Shown: positions 53,142 to 64,000 of the stretch, one piece after another
Numbering within the stretch: the first letter of the stretch is position 1
Layout of the letters: each line of letters begins with the position of its first letter
Assembly: GCF_006345805.1 (NCBI RefSeq)
Contig: NC_043001.1
Location: 105,586,001-105,650,000, forward strand
Origin: Octopus sinensis
Taxonomy: Eukaryota
Length of the DNA: 64,000 nucleotides
Direction: 5' to 3'
Made by a program: the position numbers and the translations under genes
The notes under the pieces: model-generated
The model's input: only the letters and a program-made list of their open reading frames with translations
What the model was told of the DNA's origin: nothing
Database searches by the model: none

Positions 53142-53480
53142 TTAGTACGCCGAGCGAAATGCCTAGCTGTATTTCGTTTGTCTTTACGTTCTGAGTTCAA
53201 ATTCCGCCGAGTTCGACTTTGTCTTTCATCGTTTCGGGGTCGATAAATTAAGTACCAGTTGCGAACTGGGTCGATATAATCGACTTTCCACCTTCTCAAA
53301 TATTTCGGACCTTGTGCCGAGAATAAAAAAGATTCTCTAATATAAGTCGGCGAGCTGGCAGAAATGTTAGCACGCCGGGCGAAACTCTTAGCGGTATTTC
53401 GTCTGTCTTTACGTTCTGAGTTCAAATTCCGCCGAGGTCGACTTTGCCTTTCATCGTTTCGTGGTCGATAAATTATGTAT
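53142..53480 (+). mobile_element. Two tandem SINE-B copies (53142-53335, 53347-53480)
   Basis: Both contain tttacgttctgagttcaaattccgccgag..tcgactttg..tttcatcgtttcg. Confidence 0.9.
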
Positions 53481-53492
53481 CACACAACCACT

Positions 53493-53556
<64 letters not shown>

Positions 53557-53949
53557 TGAAGCTACAGGTTATGCCAGGTCATAAAATGATCATTGGTTTT
53601 GCGTCATAAAACGGTTAGAAATGTTGACGATACGTCAGGCTTCAATTTAAATCAGACGTGTCACCTACACCACGAAGCACTTTATGGTTGCGAAACCAAA
53701 GGTCACTCGTTAAGCGACCATAAATTTGGGTTTTCCCGAAAATATATAACTGTATCATAGCTTCAGAATGTGTTTCCATTTTTGGATATATGAACTACTG
53801 ATGATATATGTTTGTGCATCTTTCTTTCTTTCTATCTATGTATATATCTATCTATATATCTGTCTGCGTGTCTGTCTCTCTTTCTATCTATCTAAATGCA
53901 TATGTAAATATGTCTGTATCTCTCTGTTAAGATATATACGCTTTAGTTT

Positions 53950-54075
53950 ATCAGTCATTAAGCTGCGGCCATGCTGGGGTATCACCTTGGATTTGTAATT
54001 GAATGAATCGACCTCAGAATATTTCTCTTAATCCTTGTACTTATTCTGTCGGTCTCTTTGTCGAATTGCTAGCTA
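53950..54075 (-). mobile_element. SINE-A 3' fragment
   Basis: tcagtcattaagctgcggccatgctggggtatcacc..gtacttattctgtcggtctcttt. Confidence 0.75.
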
Positions 54076-56304
54076 CAATTCATGGGTTTCTACTGGAGAT
54101 TCTGAACCAGTCTATGATTCGTTGAAGTCCAAAGACCCGCATCAGATTAAATCTGCATTTGAGCAAGCCATTTGTTTTCATATTATAATGTCGGCCATAT
54201 AACTGAATAATCTATAAAAAGATCTTAGCATAGCAATATAACACGTCTGCAGCTTTAAAACTGTTAATAATTAGCTTTTCTTCTTCCACGACACAAGGAA
54301 CTGGTGACGCTCTCCGCGTAGGGAGGAGCATGTTCGTTTTCTTACGAAGCGGTTGTCAAATAATTTAGTTTTGAACTTAATGTCTGTTCTTAGTGCCCCA
54401 AATGACGCTTCTCCGCGGGCGCCTTTGGTAGGACATTTATTTCCTTCAATATTCTTAGAACTAGACTAATATTTCAATTCCAAATTTTGAAAGTTATATA
54501 TATATTATGCTTATTTATACAAAGATTTTTATGTTATTTTCTATATGATTAGAGAGAAAATTAATAGATTAGTAACATACTCTATTAATAGTTGCTATGT
54601 TAAAATTAAAACGTTTTGAAAATGTTTTAGTAAAGGAATTACGAAAACGAATGTTAGAGCAGTGAGTAATTTCATTTTAAATATTATTTTTATATTTCAA
54701 CATTTGTTTATTTAAGCAATATATAGTCTAGCCTGATCATCTAAATTTCTAAAACATCACAGTTCCCAGTAAATCTAGGGTCGTAGTCAAACTGCAGATG
54801 CACACAACATATTCCAAGCATATTATGAAATATGTAGCGAGTGTATTTATGCATACACGTGCACATACACATGCAAAGACATGCAAACAAATATATAGAG
54901 TGAGAATATTGAAAGTGAGAGCATTTTGGTTTTGTTACGCTCTAAAAACAAAATAGGTTTTGCACTATGTGTGTGTGTGTATACACAGACACGCACACAG
55001 ACAACTATATATATATTTATATACATACAAACATGTGCACGCACACACATTCCCATATTCACACACTCATACATCCATAGTCACATCCCTTTATATCTTC
55101 GTCTTTGAATCTCAAAGTATTACCCCCTTTCATTTCTTTATCGTTTACTGAACCTGTCATCCTCGCCACCTTCCCCCACACTTATCCCCTTCCCGCCATA
55201 CTCTGCTTTGTCTAAGGAAAAACACAACGAAAAAGAAGAAGCCATTTTTTTAATGTTTCTGCGTTCCTTTAAAGTTTTCCGATATTAGCAATTTGGCGTT
55301 TCTTTCTCGTATATTCACTTTTTGTTTTAATATTCTCTATCTCTTCAATATTTTCAATTTCCTTTCATATTTTTGAAGTATTTAAGCGGCTTCTATAAAA
55401 TACACTCTACTGCTTTCCTTATGCTATTTCGTTTGTTTTCCATATGATTTTGCTTTTCTTTTCTTTTTCTCCCGTTTTTCCTTTCTTCTTTCTCCATCCC
55501 ACCTCTGTCACATTTGTATCATGATTGTCTGACATTTTAGTTCACATTAAATGCGTCGTCTGTCGCTTGGTTGCAGTTGTCTTCTTTCCTTGTATCTGCT
55601 CCATCGCTAAATTTTGCTCTCATTCTTTGAACAACTCCATCCATTATAATTGTTCAACTTCTTTCTTATATGTGGTTTTCTATGTCGATATTTTCTCGTC
55701 ACAAATCTATAATTATTTCTTACTTTGATCTCCATCAAAGATAATCATTTACAGAGTGCTAATTAATCAGAACGTCATTCCAATAACGATGTGCATTGAA
55801 TGAGGGGAGGGCCAGTTACAGCCTTTATTGTCGAAGTCATTAAAGTTACTTGTGAAGCGAGTAATCCATTGTGACACTCAAGAAAAACGTTAAGGCAGCA
55901 ATTATGTAAAATCAAGTGCAAGAATTTCAGCTCTGCAACGAAATAAGATAATCGACAGAAGATTAATAAATAATAGAAGCATGAGAATGAAGACTTGGGG
56001 ATGGATCCCGAGAGTGCACTTGTAAAATTGAGATCGATGTTGTATCTTTAAATTGTTTCGAGTTTATATTTACGGCAGAGAATTCCGTTATATATTTGGT
56101 GAAAAATGAAAATCAATAATAGATTACATAATATGAAGCAATTTAATGTTCTCTGTTCAATCCATTGATACACAGTTTTCCTCACTTTCGTTTCAACAGG
56201 CTTGAAACTACAAGTGTTTACTTGCAATATTTGTTTGAAAACTTTATTCATGAACAAGCATATATGAGATTGCAGTATATAACAAAAGAAAGAAAGAAAA
56301 TACA

Positions 56305-56435
56305 AGGAAATGGCAGGATCGTTGGCGGAGAGGACAAAATAATTTCATTTATTTCGGCTTTTTAAGTTCTCAGTTCAAATTCCGCTGAGATCGAGGTTGT
56401 ATTTTATCCTCTATGGGTTGACAAAATAGGACTAC
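56305..56435 (+). mobile_element. SINE-B degraded fragment
   Basis: gttctcagttcaaattccgctgagatcgaggttgtattttatcctct. Confidence 0.55.
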
Positions 56436-57050
56436 GAAGAATTTAACCAACTTGTAAGGACGTTTAATTTCTGTTTCAAAAGAAAGGCACAACGAGAAAT
56501 TGTAAGAACAAAGGTACAACGATTATCCTAAGAGCGAAAATGTTGATTTCCTCCTTACAACGTTTCGATGGGTTTGTTCTCGGATTAGCTAGAGTATGTT
56601 AAAAGATACAAGGAAGGAAATTAAACGATATTGATTTATCTTCACCAATCGAAGTATTATATTAACGAGTGTATTAGTGATTTATCGTCAGTGTATTTTA
56701 TTACAAGAAAAATTTAATAGTCAAAACTAATGAAAAGGTTGCAAGATGCAACGAAAATTTTAGGACAATAAAAATTAGAAAAACGTGGAAATATTACCGG
56801 TGAGCGTGTTACATAATAATAAGGCACAAAAAGAAAATGACTCTCCCCAGACACAATAGAATATGCTTCAACACACGAACTCATATAAAGAATCTTGCAA
56901 ACCAAATTCAAAAACAAAATTTAACTAGCTTTCCATTTAAATTAGAGATTTACATGGCGGTTTCTCCCATTCACTTTTCGAATTATGTACTTGTATTGAC
57001 AATTTCGACAAAATAAATGTAATATGAGTACAGTTGAGATACACATACAT

Positions 57051-57084
<34 letters not shown>

Positions 57085-57434
57085 ATATATAATGGGGAAT
57101 TTGTTCAAAATGTATAAATGGATGATGATGAAAGCACCGGCACACTTTCGATTACCTGTTATCCATACATTTACTGTAATCTTTATTACATGTTCTATCT
57201 CCTATTTTATTAATACTACACACACACACACACACATACATACATACATACATACATACATATGTGTGTGTGCGTGTATACAGGGGGAATGACACGGTCT
57301 CAAGCGCATTATAAACTAATTGTCTCAACACAGTACTCTTTGATTGTAGTGTAAGATTATTGTATTTCGCAGCAATTAATGCTTACTTTTATCACTCAAT
57401 GGTTTTACACTTCTGTATATTACATGCACGTATT

Positions 57435-57901
57435 ATTCATGCTTCTGGATTTTGATGCACTGCAGAGAGTTTAGCCTTTCAACCGTAGCAGCACATCACA
57501 GGTGTCTCTTCAGGCCACTTCCTTGCTTTACCATGTATGCACTCAGTTGGCATTGCACCAATGGAAACTTTAGTGTCATCTGCATAACTAACTGCCGGAT
57601 CATATTTGGAAGCCTCTTCATAGAAGTTGCTGTTCGGAACTGTTGTAACTGCTTTTCCTTGTGCACTGGAGATCCGATTATTTGTTAGGCGTGCATAACT
57701 CCGTTAAGCAATTTTAGTTGCTCGGGCATCTTTCCTATGTTGAAGCACAACTCTTGTCTCATCATTCTCAGTTACTCTGGTTGCTCGAAAGCGCATAGTC
57801 TTTTTTTTTCTTTCTTGGCGTGCTTTCCTTTCTTCAGCTGTCTCTCTTTCCCTCGACAGAAACACTCTTTTAGCCGACCTTCACAGCTTCCTTCTAAGCA
57901 T
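57435..57901 (-). pseudogene. Helitron Rep-Hel N-terminal remnant
   Basis: Hand translation: ERETAEERKARQ.. (low-complexity N-terminus), then YDPAVSYADDTKVSIGAMPTECIHGKARKWPEETPVMCCYG*KAKL, matching the Helitron 'YDP..Y....V.IG.M...C..C.A.K...E..GMCC..GK..L' block; three stops. Confidence 0.75.
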
Positions 57902-58624
57902 GGTTATTTACGGATACACAAACACACCGGTACTGAAGATTGTAAACAATGAAAGAAGTTTTAATACTTTTTTTACTACTAGAAATCGTTACAATAGTAA
58001 ACGCTAGATAGAATGGATCACAGAATGAAGAGAGAGAGAGAGAGAGAGAGAGAGTAAGAGGTAGGAAGTTAGATAGGGAACCTGCCTACCGAATATTAAA
58101 AATACATAGGTAGGAAGGGAGGGAACAGAGAAAGAGAGTGAATGAGGAAGAGGAGGGAGAAAGACTGAAGAAGGAAGAGCTGTTACGTCAGACTAGCATG
58201 TGTGTGTCTAGCTAGCCGCCGTTGCTACGTCAGTACCGGAAGTTGACATTGAAAGATCCATTCAAGGAATTTTCTCTTATACAAAGTGATATTATTTATT
58301 TTTAATACAAAAATAAATCAAGACCATATTTTTATAATCCAGGTCAAATTATTCATGCACCCCGAGTATGGAACCGATACGTGCAGCAGTTCACAAGTGC
58401 ACAAGTTCATATATGGAGATACACATCCATATATAACAAACGCACGTACATAGTCACACAGACCTATACACATAGACACACTCATACATGCACACACAAG
58501 GAGACAACGGTATATACACAAATACAAAGACGTCCTAACACACAAACGCTTGAATATGCAGAATAATACATACAAATGTACACACGCGTATGCATATATA
58601 TATATATATATTTATATATTATTA

Positions 58625-58860
58625 TATAGAAGGAGCTTCTACAGGACTAGAACTGTTTCATTCAAGAGAAATCTTCAGGAAGCTAGTTAACAAGAATTGT
58701 ATTGGCATTTATACATTTAGGCAGGTTTAAAGGGGTGTTGGTGGGGGACTTTTTGGGGTAGGCATAGCGCAAAATATCATACTTGGGGGAGTGGTCAAGG
58801 AGTCAGTGTTAAATTAGATAGAAGAATAAATAAAAAAAAATATATAAAAAAATATATAAA
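58625..58860. mobile_element. Short repeat P5 (PLE-terminal-like) between microsatellites
   Basis: TA-flanked; minus strand has cctgaagatttctcttgaatgaaacagttctag. Assignment is by analogy only. Confidence 0.3.
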
Positions 58861-58889
58861 ATTATATATAAAAAAAGGGAATAGAGTTT

Positions 58890-58947
58890 TATGTGTGCGT
58901 ATATTTGTATATGTATGTATGTATATGTATGTGTGTATGATGTATAT

Positions 58948-58984
<37 letters not shown>

Positions 58985-59217
58985 CTATATATATGTGTGT
59001 GTGTGTATGTGTATGTATGTATATGTATATGCGTATGTGTATGTATTTGTATGTGTATGCATGCGCGTATATATATGTACGTATATGTATACGTGTGGGT
59101 GTGTGTATGTGTATAAATGTATGTATGTATGGATGTATGGATGTATGGATGTATGTATGTATACGTATGTATGTGTATGTGTGTATATGTATGTATGTGT
59201 ATGTGTGTGTATATGTA

Positions 59218-59248
<31 letters not shown>

Positions 59249-59410
59249 ATGTATGTATATGTATATATATATATATATGTATATATATATGTATGTATAT
59301 ATATGTGAATGTGTATATATATGTATATATATATATACATGTATGTATTTGTATGTAGGTGTATATGTATGTGTGTGTATTTATATTTATTGGTGTATAT
59401 GTATAGACTA
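58890..59410. repeat. Long compound (TA)/(TG)/(TATG)/(TGGA) microsatellite
   Basis: Direct reading. Confidence 0.95.
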
Positions 59411-59956
59411 GCCTTCTAAGAGTGTAGACACGAATCTGTAGGTACGCGTACGTATGTGTATATACGTGAATGTATGTAGATGTATGTATGTATGAATATA
59501 ACGCGTGCGTGCGTGTATGTGCATGAGTGTACGAATGAGTGAGTGTACGTGCTAAAGAGTGTGCGTGAGGAACGATCCAGAGAAAGGAAAACAAAGGAAA
59601 AAAATCGCCAACGCTACACACGAGGTCACATTTTGAAAGACCGGAAGGAAATATATATATATATATATATAATATTATGTATATATATATAATATACATA
59701 AAAAATCAAATTTAGGATAAATCCAAAATTATAGGGACAAAATCAGATTTAGGATTGAAAACCAATTTTATGTAAAATATAATAAATTAAATTAGAGACA
59801 ATTTGCCTAATAGTGGTTCTTGGTTTTGTCTCTAATTTAATATTATATACATATATATATATTATATATATACATAAAATATATATATATATATATATTA
59901 TATATATTACATAAATATTATTATATATATATGTGTGTGTATGTATATATATTATC

Positions 59957-59988
<32 letters not shown>

Positions 59989-60045
59989 CTACGTAATTAT
60001 GCATTTATGCATATATGTATATGTGTATAATATATATATATACAT

Positions 60046-60080
<35 letters not shown>

Positions 60081-61384
60081 CTCTGTGTATAGTGACGGAG
60101 AGAAAGAGAGGGGTGGAGAGAGAATATAGAAGGTCATTTCGGCAATTGATGTAATGCTATGTGAGTGCTCTGTTTGGTACAGCGCTGAATCTCTGGCTTG
60201 AACTGCAGCAGAAAAATGTTGTGCTGAGAAATCGTATCAAAGGTGCCCAGAAGTGTTTCTCCTCTGATTAGGTGAATAGAAATTAAAATAGAAAAAGGAA
60301 GAGCAAAACTTTTGGCATTACACGAAAAACATTCAATTGAAATAGAGAATATAAACATAATTCGGAAAAATTATGATTATAAGATAGAGTCACTTATCGC
60401 TGTTTCTGGAATAGCCAAGCTTGTGGATCATGATATAAAGGATGCTATTAGAGGAGTCAGAAAATATAGAAATGTAGAATATCCCAAATCGAGGATATTA
60501 TAAGTACCTTCTCAATATCAAATTCCTGTTTTTTTCCTTCAGTCTTGGTACTGTTGTGAAACTATTCGTCTAGTTGTAATTCTTCGTGGGTCTATTTTCT
60601 TTCAGATATCATCTTGTGTATTTTGTCTTCTACTTTAACCACGATGCAGTACTAATTGCATTGCAACATGCTCAAGGAGTACTTCTAAAAAAAATTTTTA
60701 GATTTTTATATCAATATTGCTAATGTCATCTCTCGCCAGGCTACAAAATTCATGGACAAACAGCTACAACTATTGCTTTGGTATAAAGCACTCAATGAAA
60801 ATGTAAATATTTTCCCCTCTCCACTTCATCTATTTTCTTTCATCGTTTATACACTTTCTAATTCATTTATTTCGTGTTTCACCAATTCACTGTTACAAAA
60901 GTACAACTGATGATGGCAACAGCTCATGTATTTATCACTATTGTCAAATTCGTTGGATTAAGTCTGGATTACAGTACACATTCTAATCCTGTTACATGTT
61001 CAGCCTACACACTTTCATTAATTTCATTTATAGACGTTGGCACATAATTTCATTAGAAACAGAGCAGATACTTTTATCCACTGTCACGAGAATGTAAAAT
61101 ATGTTATTCTAATAAATGTATTCCATTAAAATTAGCAGCCTTTTCTTTCTTTGAAATTAAAGACACAATTATTGATACGTGTAACAGCATACCAATAACT
61201 CTGCAACACCATTTCTCTTTCAACGCATGAACTGATCCCTCTCTCACTCTCTCTGACGTCGAGAATGTCTTTCATTCATCCATGAAGAATGGATTATATA
61301 GAGGTTGTGTCTTTCCCTCTAATTTACACACCGAGTTGACTTTTGCAAGTGTTATTGTAGTAGGTATTTGTGCGATTAAAAATG

Positions 61385-61606
61385 GCCTAACGAGTCTTCC
61401 TAGACAATATGGACTTTAATAATACAGTTCTATATTTCAGAGATGAGGAATTATGTATATTATGTACATTTGACGGATATTTGTCCTCATCTTGTTTGTT
61501 GTTAACACAACGTTTCGGCTGATGTACCCTCAAGCCTTCATCAGGTGTCTTCGGGAAATTTCGAACTTGAGTTCTCATTCCTAAGGTACTTTTCGATGTT
61601 GTTGTT
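61385..61606 (-). mobile_element. Repeat family P6 (hammerhead-bearing, PLE-terminal-like)
   Basis: Inverted homolog of 62487-62650; abuts an AAC/AGT/AAT array. Confidence 0.7.
61504..61549 (-). ncRNA. Minimal type I hammerhead with canonical CUGAUGA core plus extra A
   Basis: GACAC-CUGAUGA-A-GGCU(UGAGGGUACAUC)AGCC-GAAAC-GUU|GUGUU. Confidence 0.7.
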
Positions 61607-61617
61607 ACTACTACTAC

Positions 61618-61678
<61 letters not shown>

Positions 61679-61745
61679 TTATTAATTATTATTATTATAT
61701 TATTATTATTATTATTATATTATTACTATATTATTATTATTATTT
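61607..61745. repeat. (TAT)n microsatellite
   Basis: Direct reading. Confidence 0.95.
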
Positions 61746-61850
61746 TCCGAGTCATTGCCTGGAATCGAACTCAGAATCTTAGGATTAGTCGCCCATGCCC
61801 TTAACCCGTACGCCAAGATTCCGTGTTCTATTCCTGACAGTGGCCTGAAT
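61746..61850 (-). mobile_element. SINE-E (minus, 61746-61815) fused head-to-head with a 3' half copy (plus, 61815-61850)
   Basis: Minus: tggcgtacgggttaa (A-box)..gagttcgattcc (B-box)..; plus: aagattccgtgttctattcctgacagtggcctgaat(aat)n. Confidence 0.7.
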
Positions 61851-61854
61851 AATA

Positions 61855-61887
<33 letters not shown>

Positions 61888-61907
61888 ATAAATAATAATA
61901 AAATAAT

Positions 61908-62454
61908 ATGCCCTGATGCAAGTCCAAGGCAGTGGCTCTCATGGCTTCTGATCTTACTGATTGGAAGTGTTATCATGTACATTGTTTTGTCTTGGTATAA
62001 AAGATGGCTACAGCAAATATTCTGCTCAATACCACAGATTTGCTTGTCAGTTGTTTGACCTTAACCAGGTGAGCATGTCCCTTAGTGGCTGACGTATGTG
62101 CATCTCGGATCACGAGCAGAAGTAGTGGGGGAGCATCATAGCCATGTTTGAGGGGGATTCTTTGGGTTTTGAATAGTTCACCTCTGGAAACATGGGTGTT
62201 CTTTCAACATCCTTAAACAACCCGTATTCAGGACCGTTTGAGCAGGATGGTACTCAAAATGAAGAAAATTCTAACTGGCCACACCTGCAAGGTCATGTGC
62301 TGTTGTATCTTGATATGAGATCACCATGTCGCGCACATATGGTTGTGATGCTGTGCCTGGTGTACCTTTATCAGACGGGTAGTCATGATGGGTTATTGGG
62401 CTTCGTATATTTTACCCCAGTGTCACTTTGATGGCATGAACTGCTCTCTCACTC
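61908..62454 (+). mobile_element. Non-coding interspersed repeat flanked by (AAT)n, probable LINE 3' UTR
   Basis: GC-richer 550-bp block with (AAT)n at both ends, ending ..ctctctcactc(aat)n. The LINE 3' UTR identity is inference. Confidence 0.5.
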
Positions 62455-62486
<32 letters not shown>

Positions 62487-62650
62487 CAACAACAACAGCA
62501 ACATCGAAAAATACATTAGGAATGAGAACCCAGGTTCCAAATTTCCCTAAGACACCCGAAGAAGGCTGGAGAGTATATCAGCCGAAACTCTGTGTTAACA
62601 ACAAACAAGATGAGGACAAATATCTGTCAAATCTAAATAATGTAAATAAT
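62487..62650 (+). mobile_element. Repeat family P6, second copy with degenerate hammerhead
   Basis: Roughly 85% identical by eye to the reverse complement of 61449-61606. Confidence 0.7.
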
Positions 62651-62780
62651 TGACTTTAATGGTTACATTTTCTGATGGTTTCTTATTTGGTTCATGGACA
62701 TTATATAAACCTTTCATACTAGCAGGGAGAATGAAGACCAGGTTTTCGCTATGATAAACGTTGTCAGAAATTCCACCTAT

Positions 62781-63372
62781 CTGGTGTTGTGTAGTGAGAA
62801 GCTTGCTTCTTTGGCACGCGTTTCCGGGTTCAGTCCCAAAACGTGGCACCTTCGATGGGTGTCGGCCTCGGGCTGACTGAATCTTTGTGAGTCGATTTGT
62901 TAGAGGGAAACTGAAAGAAGCCAGTCGTATATATATATATATATATATATACTCTTTTACTCTTTAAATCTTTTATTTTTTTCATTCATTTGTATTGTAG
63001 CCATGCGGGAGCACCGCCTTTAGTCGAGCAAAGCGACCCCAGGACTTATTCTTTGCAAGCCTAGTACCTATTCTATCGGTCTCTTTTCAGAACTGCTAAG
63101 TTACGGGGACGTAAACACACCAGCATGGGATGTCAAGCGATGTTGGGGACAAACACAGACATACAAACATATACACACACATACAGATATATATTTATAC
63201 GTATATACGGCGGGCTTCTTTCAGTTTCCGTCCACCAAATCCAATCACAAGACTTTGGTCGGCCCGAGCCTATAGTAAAGACAATTGCCCAACGTGCCAC
63301 GCAGTGGGACTGAACCCGGAACAATGTGGCTTGTAAGCAAGCTTCTTACTACAGAGCCTCTCCTACACCTAC

Positions 63373-63450
<78 letters not shown>

Positions 63451-63664
63451 GTGTCGCTGTCTCTCACGACCGCTTGACAACCGGTGTTAATGTGTTTGCG
63501 TACCAGTAAGTTAATGGTTCCACAAAAGCCCCGATAGAACAAGTACCAGGATTTTAAAAATACGCACTCTGGGAGGGGAGTTAATTCATTCTAGTAAAAT
63601 TCTTGAAGGGGTTGCCCGAGCATAATCACAGCCAAATGACTGAGACAAGTCAAAGATGAAAGTT
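62781..63664 (+). mobile_element. Old SINE-A split by a nested antisense SINE-A
   Basis: 5' half 62781-62928; 3' half ~63450-63664. Confidence 0.78.
62952..63370 (-). mobile_element. SINE-A, full length, nested
   Basis: actcttttactcttt..gcaccgcctttagtcgagc...gcaagcttcttactacagagcctctcctacacct. Confidence 0.92.
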
Positions 63665-64000
63665 AAACCCAATAATGGAGAGACATTTCGTCAGCGAATT
63701 TAAAGCTGACCCACAGGGGGCGCTGATGAGACTATTGGCACTGCTATGTTTTAAACTTTTGTCAATGAGCAGATTGTATTTGAATTCATATAAATGTTCC
63801 TTCCATTTCTTTTGTTCAACAGGTATTAATTTATTCTATATGAAATGATTGTGAATTTTCTGAGAAATCTCAATAGGGGATTAAGTCAGCTAATCGGATA
63901 ATAAATTTTACTGGATTTTCTTTCTCTCTTTTCCATCATAATCAAAACTATTCGAAGCTCATCTGTCATCAACCCCTGGACAGCTTTTCCTATTACACAT

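Noticed and set aside
57930-57965. CTGAAGA-TTGTAAACAAT-GAAA hammerhead-like motif
   Set aside because: Core spacing is off and no helix I can be formed.
58640-58690. Minus-strand CTGAAGA..GAAACAGTT motif in P5
   Set aside because: Weak helix II and displaced helix I; kept only as a low-confidence repeat, not a ribozyme call.
60134-60358. Possible minus-strand exon after a polypyrimidine tract and cag
   Set aside because: Branch-like ctaat abuts the AG, no good donor site, and no recognisable protein.
62551-62596. Second P6 hammerhead as a functional ribozyme
   Set aside because: U4C plus loss of the GUH triplet (GAAACUCU).

Overview
Strongly AT-rich, repeat-saturated eukaryotic non-coding DNA (gene desert or very large intron). 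I can support no intact host protein-coding gene, rRNA, true tRNA gene or CRISPR array. Nearly all ORFs in the supplied track are translations of (TA)n/(CA)n/(AAT)n microsatellites or fragments of dead retroelements. The SINE families and microsatellite load resemble those of octopus (coleoid cephalopod) genomes; this is inference from recognised repeats, not a database result. Contents: about 30 copies or fragments of several tRNA-derived SINE families (labelled A-E here); three CR1-type LINE 3' fragments; a 5'-truncated Penelope-like element (PLE) with RT and GIY-YIG remnants; and fossils of R4/Dong-like, Tx1/L1-like, RTE-like, Tc1/mariner and Helitron elements, plus a hAT-type MITE with an 8-bp TSD. 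Most notable: (1) at least six minimal type I hammerhead-ribozyme motifs from at least five unrelated short repeat families, each with a different core variant (U3-A8 covariation, A6U, U4C, extra A after A9); (2) a microsatellite 'landing-pad' pattern, in which the internal (TA)n of SINE-A repeatedly hosts other insertions (including another SINE-A) and a separate set of elements clusters at (AAT)n; (3) modular or dimeric SINEs bounded by single TSDs, a SINE/LINE shared 3' tail, and short templated fold-back insertions. All coordinates and folds were read by eye; none was computed.
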